A DNA stretch of 63,813 bases, counting the filler, from Cercozoa sp. M6MM (taxonomy: Eukaryota; Protista; Endomyxa: Ascetosporea): NCBI GenBank assembly GCA_040357565.1. It is 12 parts of 12 records of this genome, joined end to end, with 100 filler letters (N's around TTAATTAATTAA, not from the genome) between each part and the next. Parts side by side here need not be neighbours in the genome. Positions count along the whole stretch, not along the records: positions 48,777 to 54,446 come from JBDODJ010000867.1; positions 54,547 to 62,563 come from JBDODJ010000578.1; positions 62,664 to 63,813 come from JBDODJ010002148.1; 9 more parts are not named here. One strand, 5' to 3'. The notes under the pieces are model-generated. The model was not told the origin of the DNA. It ran no database searches and worked only from the letters and a program-made list of their open reading frames with translations. Numbering within the stretch: the stretch's first letter is position 1; the number at the start of each line of letters is the position of its first letter. This document shows, one piece after another, positions 53,019-63,813 of the stretch. The position numbers and the translations under genes are program-made.

Positions 53019-54352
53019 TTTATATATTGATATATATATATATACAAAAACTTACATATATAAACAACTAACATTCCTGGTATATACTGGTAGTACACCA
53101 CCCATACATAGGTAGTATCGAGATATGTACCTAAATATAGTATACATGTCTCAATGTCAGTACGACCCATACGTCTACTATCAATAAATGGATAAATAAA
53201 TAAATAAATGAATAAATATATATATATTTATATTTATATATATATATATATGTATAAACATGTATTATACAAAGATGTATGAGCATACACGCAGATCGAG
53301 GTGGCTGCGTCTGCTGCCGACGCTGCGCGGCGAGTCGATCAGCACGCCTTGTCGCTTCGCGCCGGCCTTCCTGTGCGCCTCACAACAGGAGACAGAGACA
53401 GAGACAGAGACGGAGACGGAGGCGGAACAAGAAGAGGCTCAAGACCTGCGACTGCTGTTGCGCGTCGAAGGCGGCAAGGTAGACCCAGCGTCCTCGCGGC
53501 TACACGTGTCGCTCCATCCGCGCGGAGGCGCCGACAGTGATGAAGACAATTGGCTCTCAGTGGCCACGGACATTTTGGACTCGGAGGTACCGCAATAATC
53601 TGTATAAATAAATATACTATAATATCTGACATGTCTTGACATGTAATCACAATACAGTAAATAACGTATGCATGGAGCATCTCTCGGATAGATTTTTTGC
53701 TTTATATTTAACAACAGGGTATCCCAAATGCCTATGTTTCAGTACACTTATAATACATATATATCTATATATATTATATATATATATATACATGTATTAA
53801 CTTACATGTAGGATGTCCCCCCCATATATGCATACCCCTGTATAGGAGGACGTGGAGTCCCGCCGCGTGCAGGCACTGCTGCCACTGGCGGTGGACACCT
53901 CGCAGACCAAGCGGTTGGCCGACGTGGCCCTCACGGCCGACCAGCAGTGGCACTCGCTGTCGCTGCAGGCACTCCTGGCCGAGTACGCTGGCCTAGGTAC
54001 TGTTGACTCAGGTACTGCTGACCCAGGTACTGTTGACTCAGATACTGCTGATCATGTACTGCTGTTGACCCAGGTACTGCTGACCCAGGTACTGTTGACC
54101 CAGGTACTGCCGACCCAGGTTGTTTCGACCTGGTGGCACGTGTCTCCTTCGGCGACGGCAGCGGCGCCGCCTCCGCGCTGACGCTGTGTCTGCGCGTCCC
54201 GGCGGAACACCCTGTGGTCACTCTGGTGCGACGTGTCACCCGAGGCAGTGACCTCTCGCTGTGGCCGCTGCTGCACACAGCTTCCGCGCGGACGGTCACC
54301 TCGCTCGCTCTCGGCGTCGTTGACTTGCCCTGCGAATACCTGCGTGGCATGG
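52289..54352 (+). CDS. Secreted/surface protein of unknown function, 3'-truncated
   Basis: Signal peptide MWPVLLLAIAWSVRA; in-frame exons through ...LAEYAGL-G|CFDLVARVSFGDG... Confidence 0.65.
53997..54118 (+). repeat. Intron consisting of 8 tandem ~15-nt units GTACTG(C/T)TGAC(C/T)CAG
   Basis: Direct reading; removing it restores the frame CTA G|GT TGT TTC. Confidence 0.9.
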
Positions 54353-54546
54353 TACGCTGGCTGGGAGGGGGTAAACAGGGGGGTTGAACAACAGGGGATC
54401 CCAAGGGCCGATGTTGCAGGACACTGGGGGGGGGGGGGGGGGGGGGNNNNNNNNNNNNNNNNNNNNNNNNNNNNNNNNNNNNNNNNNNNNTTAATTAATT
54501 AANNNNNNNNNNNNNNNNNNNNNNNNNNNNNNNNNNNNNNNNNNNN

Positions 54547-56900
54547 CAACTGTCCAGAAAACTGCCACGTACAAATTCAAGTTCGTTGCTGTACTTTTCG
54601 CAAGCCTCAAAATTCGCAGCTCTGCTCAAAATCAGCAGTTAAAAGCAGCTTGTATTTTGCAATGCTGGAAAATACAGAAACTCGGAGCGCCGCTTGTGCA
54701 GGACATCGAGACACACGGGCACCGACTTTTTCAGATCCAGCAGCGTCTTGATGAGGCCTGCAGATCACAAAAAAAACAAACAACATAATGAGCCAGAAGC
54801 ACACATGTCTTGTCAGCAAACTCAGTTGACCCAGAGGTGACGAGATGGCCTCGATTTGCTGCCGGGCGTGCTCGGGTGCCACCCGGTGCAGCAGCCACAG
54901 CTCCGAGTCACTCTCTACAACAATCGTAATACAGTGACAAGTCAGTTTGCATGCTTTCCGCTTGTTTGGGCAGAGTGATTAAAAAGGACCGAAAAAAACA
55001 GAGGCGTGTCAGATAACCATGACACGAGAGTTCCGTCACGTCCGGTCAGCAAGAGTAAGAGGGTGGACGCCTCCGTCTCCTCCCGCAACCCCGGGGGGCG
55101 CGGGCGGAATGCGCCCCGAAGCAGTGCTAAAACAGCACACCTCACAGCGCGAACGGACCATGCCGCGTGTTCCGTCCGAAACGAACGTACTAGGCAGCAC
55201 AGTGCGGCGTCCGAGAGGTTTGTTCAGGTTCTCCTCAGCCACGCGGGATTCAACCAGGGAAGAGAAAATCTCCATTCCGCAAACGCAAAAATCGAAAAAC
55301 ATCATGTCATGGGTCAAAAATCAACAGACCCGAAATGTCGCCAAAGCACCAAAACCCATGACAGAGACAGTTAACAGTGTCTCGGCGCTCTGGTGGCCAT
55401 TAAGCAGTTTACCGGGGAGTTCACAGCGACCTAGGACCATGCGCACCAGCTTGGTCATTGGGTCGAGGTGCGTCGCCTGTCGGTTTCGGCGCAGCAGCCT
55501 CCGCGGCTCGCTAAAGCATCCCAAAATATACGAAGGCGCTCTGGCAATAACAGCGTGCAGAGATCAGGCGAATTACGGCGTCTTGTGTTCCTCGAGTTTG
55601 CGCAAGACGGCGGCGCCGTACTGCGGTTTCCACGGCAGCTTCTCGGAGGTTTCGAGCTTACGGAACAAAGAGTCCGTGAGCTTCGTGAATGCCTTGCTTG
55701 ACTTGTCTACACGAACAGGGGTAGGTTTGCTGGCGAAAACAAGGCAGCAACGGCAGGGAACGGCATACCCAAGTGCAGAAGACACAGGGCTTGCGACAAG
55801 TCGGAGAGGTGAAACAACGGCACCGCTGTCACTGCTTGCTCGAGCACGTTCTTCCACTGCCAAACAGCATAAAAAGAAAGCTGAAGGGAAACACAGGTAA
55901 CACATGAAGGGAAAGACAAACACACGTCCTCAGAGCCATCGCAGTGCAGAGCGGCGCGTTGAACGAACACGTCGACAAAGTTTGCCGAGAACTGGAGCTG
56001 CACACATGACGAACGATCACTTTCGACACCGTGCAACACCCCTGAACAGGCATGTAGTACCGTTTGATCAGTGCCGTACAATCGTTCCAAATGCAGGACC
56101 TGCAATGAGTCGAGTAGCTGTGTTTCAACTCAATTAGACGAAGAAACAACTACCTCAGCGAGCAGAAGCTCCAACAGCGAGAAGGCCGAGGCATCGCTTC
56201 TCACCAGTTCGATCGTCTAGCAAATTGTACAGGCGGAATAAGGAGGGTGAAAGGGAGGAGGGGTAAATGGGGAAACTGGGGAGAGGAGCAAGGGAGGCAC
56301 ACCTTGGTCGTCACTTTGGCGAGAGCGAGCACACGCACGCGATCGTTCGGGAGACTCGTGATGAACGGCGTCAGGTCCGGTACCGTCAAAGCTGCGGCCT
56401 GTGCAAATGCATGTGTATCAATGATACACCTGACAGCAATCAAGGAGGAAGGTTGAAACAAGCACTGCTCACATTAGAAAACGCCAGTCGGTCCAGATCA
56501 ACTTCAATGTCGCCTACGAGGGTCGAAAGGGTACATCAGAGTCAAAGCGAAACGGTCAGTGAAAGCGAAAGCGAGTGAAAGAAGAGACAAAAGAATGAAG
56601 ATTTCAAAGAGGGTAGGTTTCAGTGAAACAAAGAAAGTGTGCGCATACGCATGAGCTTGTATTCTTTCATCGACAGCACGCCTTCTTGCAGCGCCGCATC
56701 GGTCACACTCCGCCGCTCCGCATCGTCGCTCTTCTGTTGATTATTCAAGAGACTTGCCGCTCGCTGAAGAACATTCTGACGACGATATGTTGCCGCCACG
56801 CTCGAGGACAGTTGGCTACATTAGTAGGTCAGGTCCGATCGGATTCAAAATCATGCTTCCCGAAGTCACTGTACCGCATGCATTTTGCATGTTGCGCCCT
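54547..56900 (-). CDS. Hypothetical multi-exon protein, 3'-truncated
   Basis: Coding-like exons (TVPDLTPFITSLPNDRVRVLALAK; KAFTKLTDSLFRKLETSEKLPWKPQYG; HLDPMTKLVRMVLGRCELPG) with short GT-AG introns; no domain recognised. Confidence 0.5.
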
Positions 56901-57090
56901 GGCCACAAACATGATCTTGCACACTCCCACACGTGCGAGCCGTCTCGTGCGATATTTGCTTGTCCTGGATCTTTTGTTAAGGCTCCGTATCGATAAAACA
57001 ACAAGACTTGATACAGTAAGATTTAAACCTGTCGTGCGGTGGTGAGTCGTGTACAGTGCATTTTGTCACAAACACCATGCACTAGAGGTA

Positions 57091-59206
57091 ATGTGGCTCT
57101 CGCGCGTATCGACTGTGTGCACCGCACTGCTGATCGCGTGTGCGATCGCATGCGCATTGCACGGTTTGTCCCACCGTGTTCCTGACTCCAACGGCGGTTT
57201 TGAGGACACGAGCGTGCTCGACTGGTCGCATCCGTGTGTGCGGCGTCAGCTAATTCGGCGGCGATCAGGAGGCAGTGTCGAAAAACGCCGACTGGCGATC
57301 CTCGGCGCAGGTCCGATCGGACTCGCAACAGCACTCGCATTCCTGTCGAAAGTGCCGCGAGCAGAAGTCACAGTTTTTGTAACGATGATTGCAGTCTCGT
57401 GTGTAGTTTTATGACAGGCGATCTGCACAGGAGAAACGCGAGTGGCTGTCGCGTGACACGTGGCTTGACTTGTACGGCGAGCCGTGGTATCTGGTGCCCA
57501 TACTGACTGGCTAGTCAGTGAACAACCTTGTTGGATACAGGTATGAGACACTGTCGCTGCTGCGCGAATGGGAGGTGCTCGAACGGTCAAATGACACACA
57601 CGATACTTCTGACGGACCCGAGGTGTGTCTGTGTCTGTCTGTATCTGTGTCTGTGTATGTTCAAAGTACAAACAGGTTTACGATACACAGAGTGCTTCAA
57701 AGCTACTTTGTGTTTTGTAGGTGCACATGATGCGAACCAAAGTGCTGCAGTCGCGCCTGTTGCAGCAGGTGCTTAAACGAGGTGGCACGCTGATTCACAA
57801 AACAGTCGGTGCTGACGATGTTGGCGACTGGGCGCGACTTCACCAATTCGACTTGCTCGTTGTTGCTGGTACTGTTTGGCCCTTCTTGATGTGTCTCAAG
57901 TGTCTATCCTTTTTCTACTTTGCAGACGGCTCAAACTCTGACTTGCGCAGTGCACTTGGCTTTGAGACAGTCATGTCTCCACACTCGTAAACTGTTTCAA
58001 TTAATCGGCACTGTGGATGTCTTGGTCTGTCGCATATTGCTGTGTGTGCGTGTGTGTGTGTACACGTGTGTACACGTGTGTGTGTGTGTGTGTAAATAGA
58101 CAGAAGGCACTGACGGTTGACTTTGCCACCGTGGATGGCACTTATTCTTGCGGATCGCGGCGCCGTCAGAACCGCGCGGAGTTGTCGCTGTCACCCTGGA
58201 GTTTTGGCGCCGTTCTTGGACACAAATTTGGTACATTGTAGCAACATGGTAGAAGTGGTATCAATTGAGAAAATACAGGCATACACTCCGTGTTTGAGCG
58301 TTTCTTCGAACCTACCAATCACTGCCAAATACAAATATTTTTCCGCGCGGACGTCACTCTCGATGACTTCATGTCAGCTGAGGCAGTCAATATGGTGCGC
58401 AAGTTGCTGAATGGACCAGACACATCGATCATTCGGTCACGAGTTGTGCCGGTCGAAATTGTGTCCGCGCGGACGTATCTTCGCTCTGTCGATGGACTAC
58501 CTGTACTTTGTTCTAGCATTTGATTACTTTCTCAGAATTTCCGCCTTCCCCCCTGTTTCATGTCAGGTGCTACTGCTTGGCGATGCTGCCACGTCGGCGC
58601 ATTTTCGTCTCGGCTTTGGCGTCAATGGCGGTATCGTTTCGTTTTCTCTCTATGACGCTGTCCTCGGCGTATTGAGGCGTATTGAGGCGTATTGAGTGGG
58701 CCAGTGTTTGTGTGCAGGTATCGGTGCCATGCGGCAGATCGTTGACCACATCGGTAGCATCAATGCTGACAACGGTGGCTTCGACATGTCAGGCGTCAAT
58801 GATCTCGCTACTCGCATCTTTTCCGTCAACGTGCCTTCTGCTTTACTCACATATCAAAGGGAAGGCTACCTGTAGTCGTTGTTCTGCAGGCACGAGTGCA
58901 AGACGCGATTATCCGTGCCGAGGCTGAGTTGGACCAGTTAGGTACGATCACTTTTACTAACAGCTCCACATAACACAAGTTTCCTGCACTGACGCGTGTC
59001 TAAATTTAGTTTTCTTCGATCGACATGACCCGAGTTTCGCTCAGTCGCTGCGTTTCTACGAGCGGCCCGTCATCAAGCTAGCCGACTCCGACGAGTGCAG
59101 ACGGTTTCGGCTGCACGATCGCAATCGCTTCATTCACCGAGACAGCATCCATGTTCCGCAGGACGCTGTTAACGCGTTTGAGTGCATCGCAGACTTCATC
59201 TATTGA
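57091..59206 (+). CDS. FAD-dependent monooxygenase with an N-terminal signal/anchor sequence
   Basis: Rossmann motif LAILGAGPIGLATA..VTVF|EKR; DG motif DLLVVA|DGSNS; GD motif LLLGDAATSAHFRLGFGVNGG. Confidence 0.87.
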
Positions 59207-59423
59207 CAAATACCGCACAAACCGTCATTGATTGATGATATCAAAAACCACGTGTCTGCACTTTGCAAAACGCGTGGATCCGTTGTTACTACGGGAATTT
59301 CAGATAGAACTTGCGTCTATTCTAGTGTCTCCCTGTCTAAACGGTAGACTGCTGCATTTTTTCATTTTCCCCCGTTTTTGTTGTGTTGTTCCCTAGTCCT
59401 ACTCGGCTTTTACTCTCTGTTAG

Positions 59424-60625
59424 ATGTCGGCGCCAGAGGAGGCGGCTGAGGAGTTTAACTGGCCGGTCAAGCCGGGCGATGTGGATCTCGCCCAGAAAGT
59501 GAACGTGCTGGAACAGCGACTGGTGCGGTCAGACACTGTATATTGTAAATAATGTAGTTTACTTGCACTCTGCAGGAGGCAGCCGAAGCCAGAATCCTCC
59601 AGCTTGAAAGACTGATCAACACAGGCGCTGGTGGTCAGTTTAAGCATTTCCGGCATCCGCGCGGACGATTGATCGCAGATGTGTTGCTGTGTTCAGGCAA
59701 CGTGCGTCCGATTCGTCCGGTTCGTCGTGCTCCTGCGCCTGTTCGAGGCAGAGGCAGAGGCGGCCGAGGCCGAGGTTCGACTCGGCCAGTTTCTGCCACC
59801 AAGCGGAGCTCGCGGCCTGGTCCCAGGGGTGTCAGACAGACTGGTGGTATAATTTATACCGATCAGTCTGTCTGTGTTACCGTAGCTAGTTGTTTTTGAA
59901 ACAGCGAGTGTCGGATCAGCCAGCAAGAGCAAAAGCAGCTCGAGTCGCAGCAATGCGAGCGAACTCTGCACTGTCACCTACAAGGTACATCCTTATTCTC
60001 CAATGTCTGGGGGTTAAAGCGGTACGCGCTGGGCTGCTACAGGTGGGCAAACGCAACGTTTCTGCTTTCGCGCCGAAGAATCACCAGGCACTCGAACAGC
60101 AGGCCAAGGTATGATCGCAGGGGGTCAAAGGGACAGTCAAAGGTCAAAGGGGGTAAAACCTGTCGTTTCTGCTGAAGGACGCGTTCGCGCATGAGCTTCA
60201 AAAACAACGCGTTTTCGGACACAACGGAACACTGCGTCGCAATGGTGCCTTTTCTTTTTTAATTGGTCCATTTGTACGGTACATTTGGTCTGTTTTGACA
60301 GTGCACGTTGTGAATGGACACATCGTGCACGTCGTCGGCGGTGTTGGTGCGTGTTTTAGCTTTCTTTTCTCCCCCCCCCCCCTCCCCCCCCCCCCCCCCC
60401 CGTATTTGGTGAATTGCCCGCAGGAGTGGTGGAAGGCGACGAGCAGCTCGTTTTCGACGGTCACTGCGATGACATCACGTAGGCTGTCTTGTGCTCCTTT
60501 ACCCCCCATCCCCATACCCCCATGTGCTCAGTTCGATCGACAGCAGCGGCGGTCGTTTGTTGTCGGCGCAGATGTTTAACAAGCAACATGGCGGTACTAG
60601 CATACCTGTATCAATACGATGTACA

Positions 60626-60667
<42 letters not shown>

Positions 60668-62506
60668 GATATGTCGACAGAGATATAGATAGATAGGTAT
60701 ATATAGATATAGGTATAGATAGATATAGGTATAGATAGATATAGGTATATGGGTAGATGGACAGTTATAGATACGCATGATTGCACAGGTCGACTGTGTC
60801 TGTGGAACGACGAGGCGAAACTGTTGGCGCACATCGATGGCCTTCCTGAGACATTGTACGCTTTCAACAAAAGAGGGTATAGGGGGTAAAAGGAGGGTAC
60901 GAAACTGCCTTGCCGTCAGATCGGTGGCACTGAGTGAGACACGTGCCATCGCAGTTGCCAACGACAAGGACCACACCGTCTCAGTCTACGACATTGTTGG
61001 TGTGCATGCTGTGTACGAGGGGGTAAAGGGTAAAGCCCTAAATCTTGAGTGTGACAGAGGACGCCGACAGCAGCAGCGCCGAACTGAAGTCGGTGCTGTC
61101 GCAGTCACTGACAAAACACGACGTTCTCGGAGTGACGGCGTCGAACGACGCGTGCTTTGTCTCCTACGGCAAGGCATGGCTCGCACTGCACACTGTCGAC
61201 AACGATGACAACACACTCGTCAGCAAGCCTTTTTGGTTCTCGTCCTTTAAATATATATACATATATACAATATATGTATATTTAGATATATGTGCATTTA
61301 TAGAATAACTGTAGATACATTTATTTGTATTATATATATATATATGTATTAAATGTATCTACATTTATTTATATTATATATATACTAAATGTATCTCCAT
61401 TAATTTTATATTATAATTATATATATATATATTCTATTTATATATGTACGACTGTGTGTAGTATGCATATATGCATATATCTCTGTCTCGAGTATGTCTG
61501 TGTGTGCACGTGTGTAGGCACCTGATAACATCGGAGAACCCAGGCGAGACGGCCATCGTGTCGGCAGTGGTGCAGACTCGGACTGACCAGGATGATACCC
61601 AGGACACGGTGGTCTACTGCGGCGGTGCCTCGGGGACACTGTACTGCGTCGACCCCAGCGCCGACCTGTGTCGTCGCAGTCTGCCGCTTTACCAGTCAGC
61701 TGTGTCGGCCCTCGGTCTCGACCCTGCTGGCTGCCTCCTTGCTGCCGTACCCCTCCCTACCCACATCCCTACCCATATCCCATCCCCCTGTAATTGTGTC
61801 CAGTCATTCAAGGGCGAGTTGTGCACGCTCGATCACGATCTGCAGGAACTCTCACGTTTGGTACACTACCAGGGGGTTAGGTAGGGGGAGGGGGTAAGTG
61901 GAAGGGTCATGGGGGGTGTGAGTGCGGTGTGCGTAGCAAGAGGACCGACTGAAAGGTGCTCGTGGCATTGCGCGCATCGAGGACGGTGTCGCTGTGTCGA
62001 CCTGTCACAACACGCTGTGCGCCGTCAGGGGTCTGCAAGGGTAGCATCTTTACCCCTCCCCCACCCCACCTTTACCCCGCTTCTTACCCACTTTATACCC
62101 TCCTCTTACCCACCCCTTTCTTATCTCCCCCCCCCCCCCCCCCCCGACAGTGACGAGACGAAAGTGCGCGTGATCCAGCGCGGCCACACTGGCGACGTGA
62201 CTGGTACTTTCTGACTTGACTGACTCAGGGATCAGTCGGCCACTCAGTGAGGGTGGTCACTCTGACACGTGTCACACTCACACACTCACACACTGTGTAG
62301 CATCGGCGTGCTTGCCGGATGGTCACTTTGTCACGTGTGGCACCGATGGTCACCTGCTGCTGTACTCGCTGGGTACCTGTGGCCATTTTACCTCGTCACC
62401 TTGCCTCCCCCCACCCCCCCCCCCCTCCATTCAACAGAAGGCAAGTGGAAGCACAGCTTGAATCTCAAGGAGGCACTCACGACGCTCGATGTTCTCGGCA
62501 GCACAT
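59424..62506 (+). CDS. EML/EMAP-like microtubule-associated WD40 protein, 3'-truncated
   Basis: N-terminal coiled coil (LAQKVNVLEQRL), basic region, HELP-like segment LQKQRVFGHNGTLRRN..HVVGGVG..VFDGHCDDI, AVANDKDHTVSVYD, VIQRGHTGDVT, HFVTCGTDGHL. Confidence 0.75.
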
Positions 62507-62663
62507 GTACCTCCTTTACCCTACCCCCATCTACCCTACCCTCCAGCCTTTACCCCCCCCCCCNNNNNNNNNNNNNNNNNNNNNNNNNNNNNNNNNNNNN
62601 NNNNNNNTTAATTAATTAANNNNNNNNNNNNNNNNNNNNNNNNNNNNNNNNNNNNNNNNNNNN

Positions 62664-62740
62664 GTTCACGACGAAAAATTGCAATCGTCGATCCCAATCA
62701 CGGTGACCTTCGGTCGCCGGTTCGATCCCGGCTGGCTCCT
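62664..62740 (+). tRNA. 3' portion of a probable intron-containing tRNA-Cys (5' half lost in gap)
   Basis: T-arm GCCGG-TTCGATC-CCGGC, acceptor 3' strand TGGCTCC plus discriminator T (U73 is typical of Cys), and a downstream TTTT terminator; upstream ~40 nt do not form a D/anticodon arm and contain TGCA, which could pair with a GCA anticodon. Confidence 0.55.
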
Positions 62741-63813
62741 CTTTTGCCTCCCAGGTGTCCACTGCCATACTCCGCCTCCATGGATAAGGCACAAGCCTCC
62801 TAAGCTTTCTCTTCAATTCTCAATCAAACCTCAGTTTCCGAACTTAAATCTACCGTCCTGTCCGATGGGGAGACCGTCGCGCTGGCAGGGCCTCAGTTGC
62901 AACTACAACCCTAGACCAAAAGCACGCAAACCGTTACGAACCAACACCCGAAGCCCCGATGGGCCTATTTATATTTGCGTTGAGTTTGAAAAGCTTGTCG
63001 ACCTTCAGTTGAACGCAAGATGTGTAAATAAGGTTCATTGGAACACCAAGGTAGCTTCAGTTCGTTCAAATTCATACTTCAAAAGGCCGCAGTTTTCATT
63101 GAGGCGTACTGTATGGCTACTGACTAAGTTAAAACCGTGAGACGCCCGTAATTAGTTGAGTCTGATTAGAAACCAACCATGTGCTTCCCTGCACCAGCCT
63201 GAGGTGGGTCATAAAAGTAAGACGCCCGTACGGAACCTAAGCACATAGTGCAATCGCAAGTGTTACAGACTGACTCAGATTATGCAGTCTCCGCGGGGAT
63301 AAATCCAGACAGACCAGTTGGTCTCCCATCATTGAAGCAAAAGAGAAAAAAGAGTTAAGAGTTTGTGGCTCTACGGTACTGCTGCCTATAGAGCTGTGAC
63401 TGGACCTGTCTGAAAGCCTGTCTTGTAGATTGAGCCTGCCAGTTGGCAAAGAGAAAACCTCATCTACTTGGCATCAGCTGGTCAGTTGCTCTGCAGTTTG
63501 TATTGGCTGCTGTAGAGAGAAGGTTTTTTTTTAAATCTTCTCACGATTTTCCCTCTGACGGAAGTTTCCGTCTGCAACTCCGTCTAGTTTGACGTAAGAA
63601 CCCAGTTGGGGTAATTCTTCACTTCTCTTCTACAAACTGAATCAATCGATTCCCTCGCTTCGTCTAATTTACGACTTACTTCTTTTATTTAGTTCTTTTC
63701 ACTGACAACTCGTCAGTAACACAAGTCAGTGCCGCAGTTTCCTGCTGTTCCGTCCGATCAGGCCCCGGGGAGTGGGCTTTCTTGCCGTAAGGTTCAGTTC
63801 ATAGTACCGTACG

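Noticed and set aside
63140-63230. Direct repeat AGACGCCCGTA 80 nt apart and a decayed minus-strand ORF beyond it
   Set aside because: Only two copies and no recognisable domain; cannot be assigned.

Overview
This window is not one contiguous locus. It is 12 short eukaryotic contigs/scaffolds joined by an artificial N-TTAATTAATTAA-N linker (11 copies). The source looks like a compact, very intron-rich protist genome with canonical GT-AG introns of mostly about 50-130 nt, and probably has centrioles/flagella (POC1, RSPH10B-like). Genes I could splice by hand: Aa_trans amino-acid transporter, an HSPA12/Hsp70-like ATPase fused to a vWA domain, a C2HC zinc-finger protein, POC1, a ubiquitin-domain type II PI4-kinase, RPL8, two MORN-repeat proteins, RPN11, an atypical Arf-like GTPase, an ABCA transporter (5' part), ribophorin I, an ankyrin protein, TMEM234, an FAD-dependent monooxygenase, an EML/EMAP-like WD40 protein and several unknowns. 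Mobile DNA includes a Ty3/Gypsy LTR retrotransposon (LTR end, PBS, gag-PR-dUTPase-like-[gap]-RH-IN), a related solo LTR with a 4-bp TSD, and an intron-containing Merlin/IS1595-type transposase. There is also the 3' half of a probable tRNA-Cys. The most unusual signal is in the introns. Many are built from tandem repeats, and in several the repeat unit is a copy of the splice junction itself. The clearest case is a 122-nt intron made of eight ~15-nt GT...CAG 'micro-intron' units that offers many in-frame donor/acceptor combinations. All gene models are manual and unverified by RNA data or database searches.
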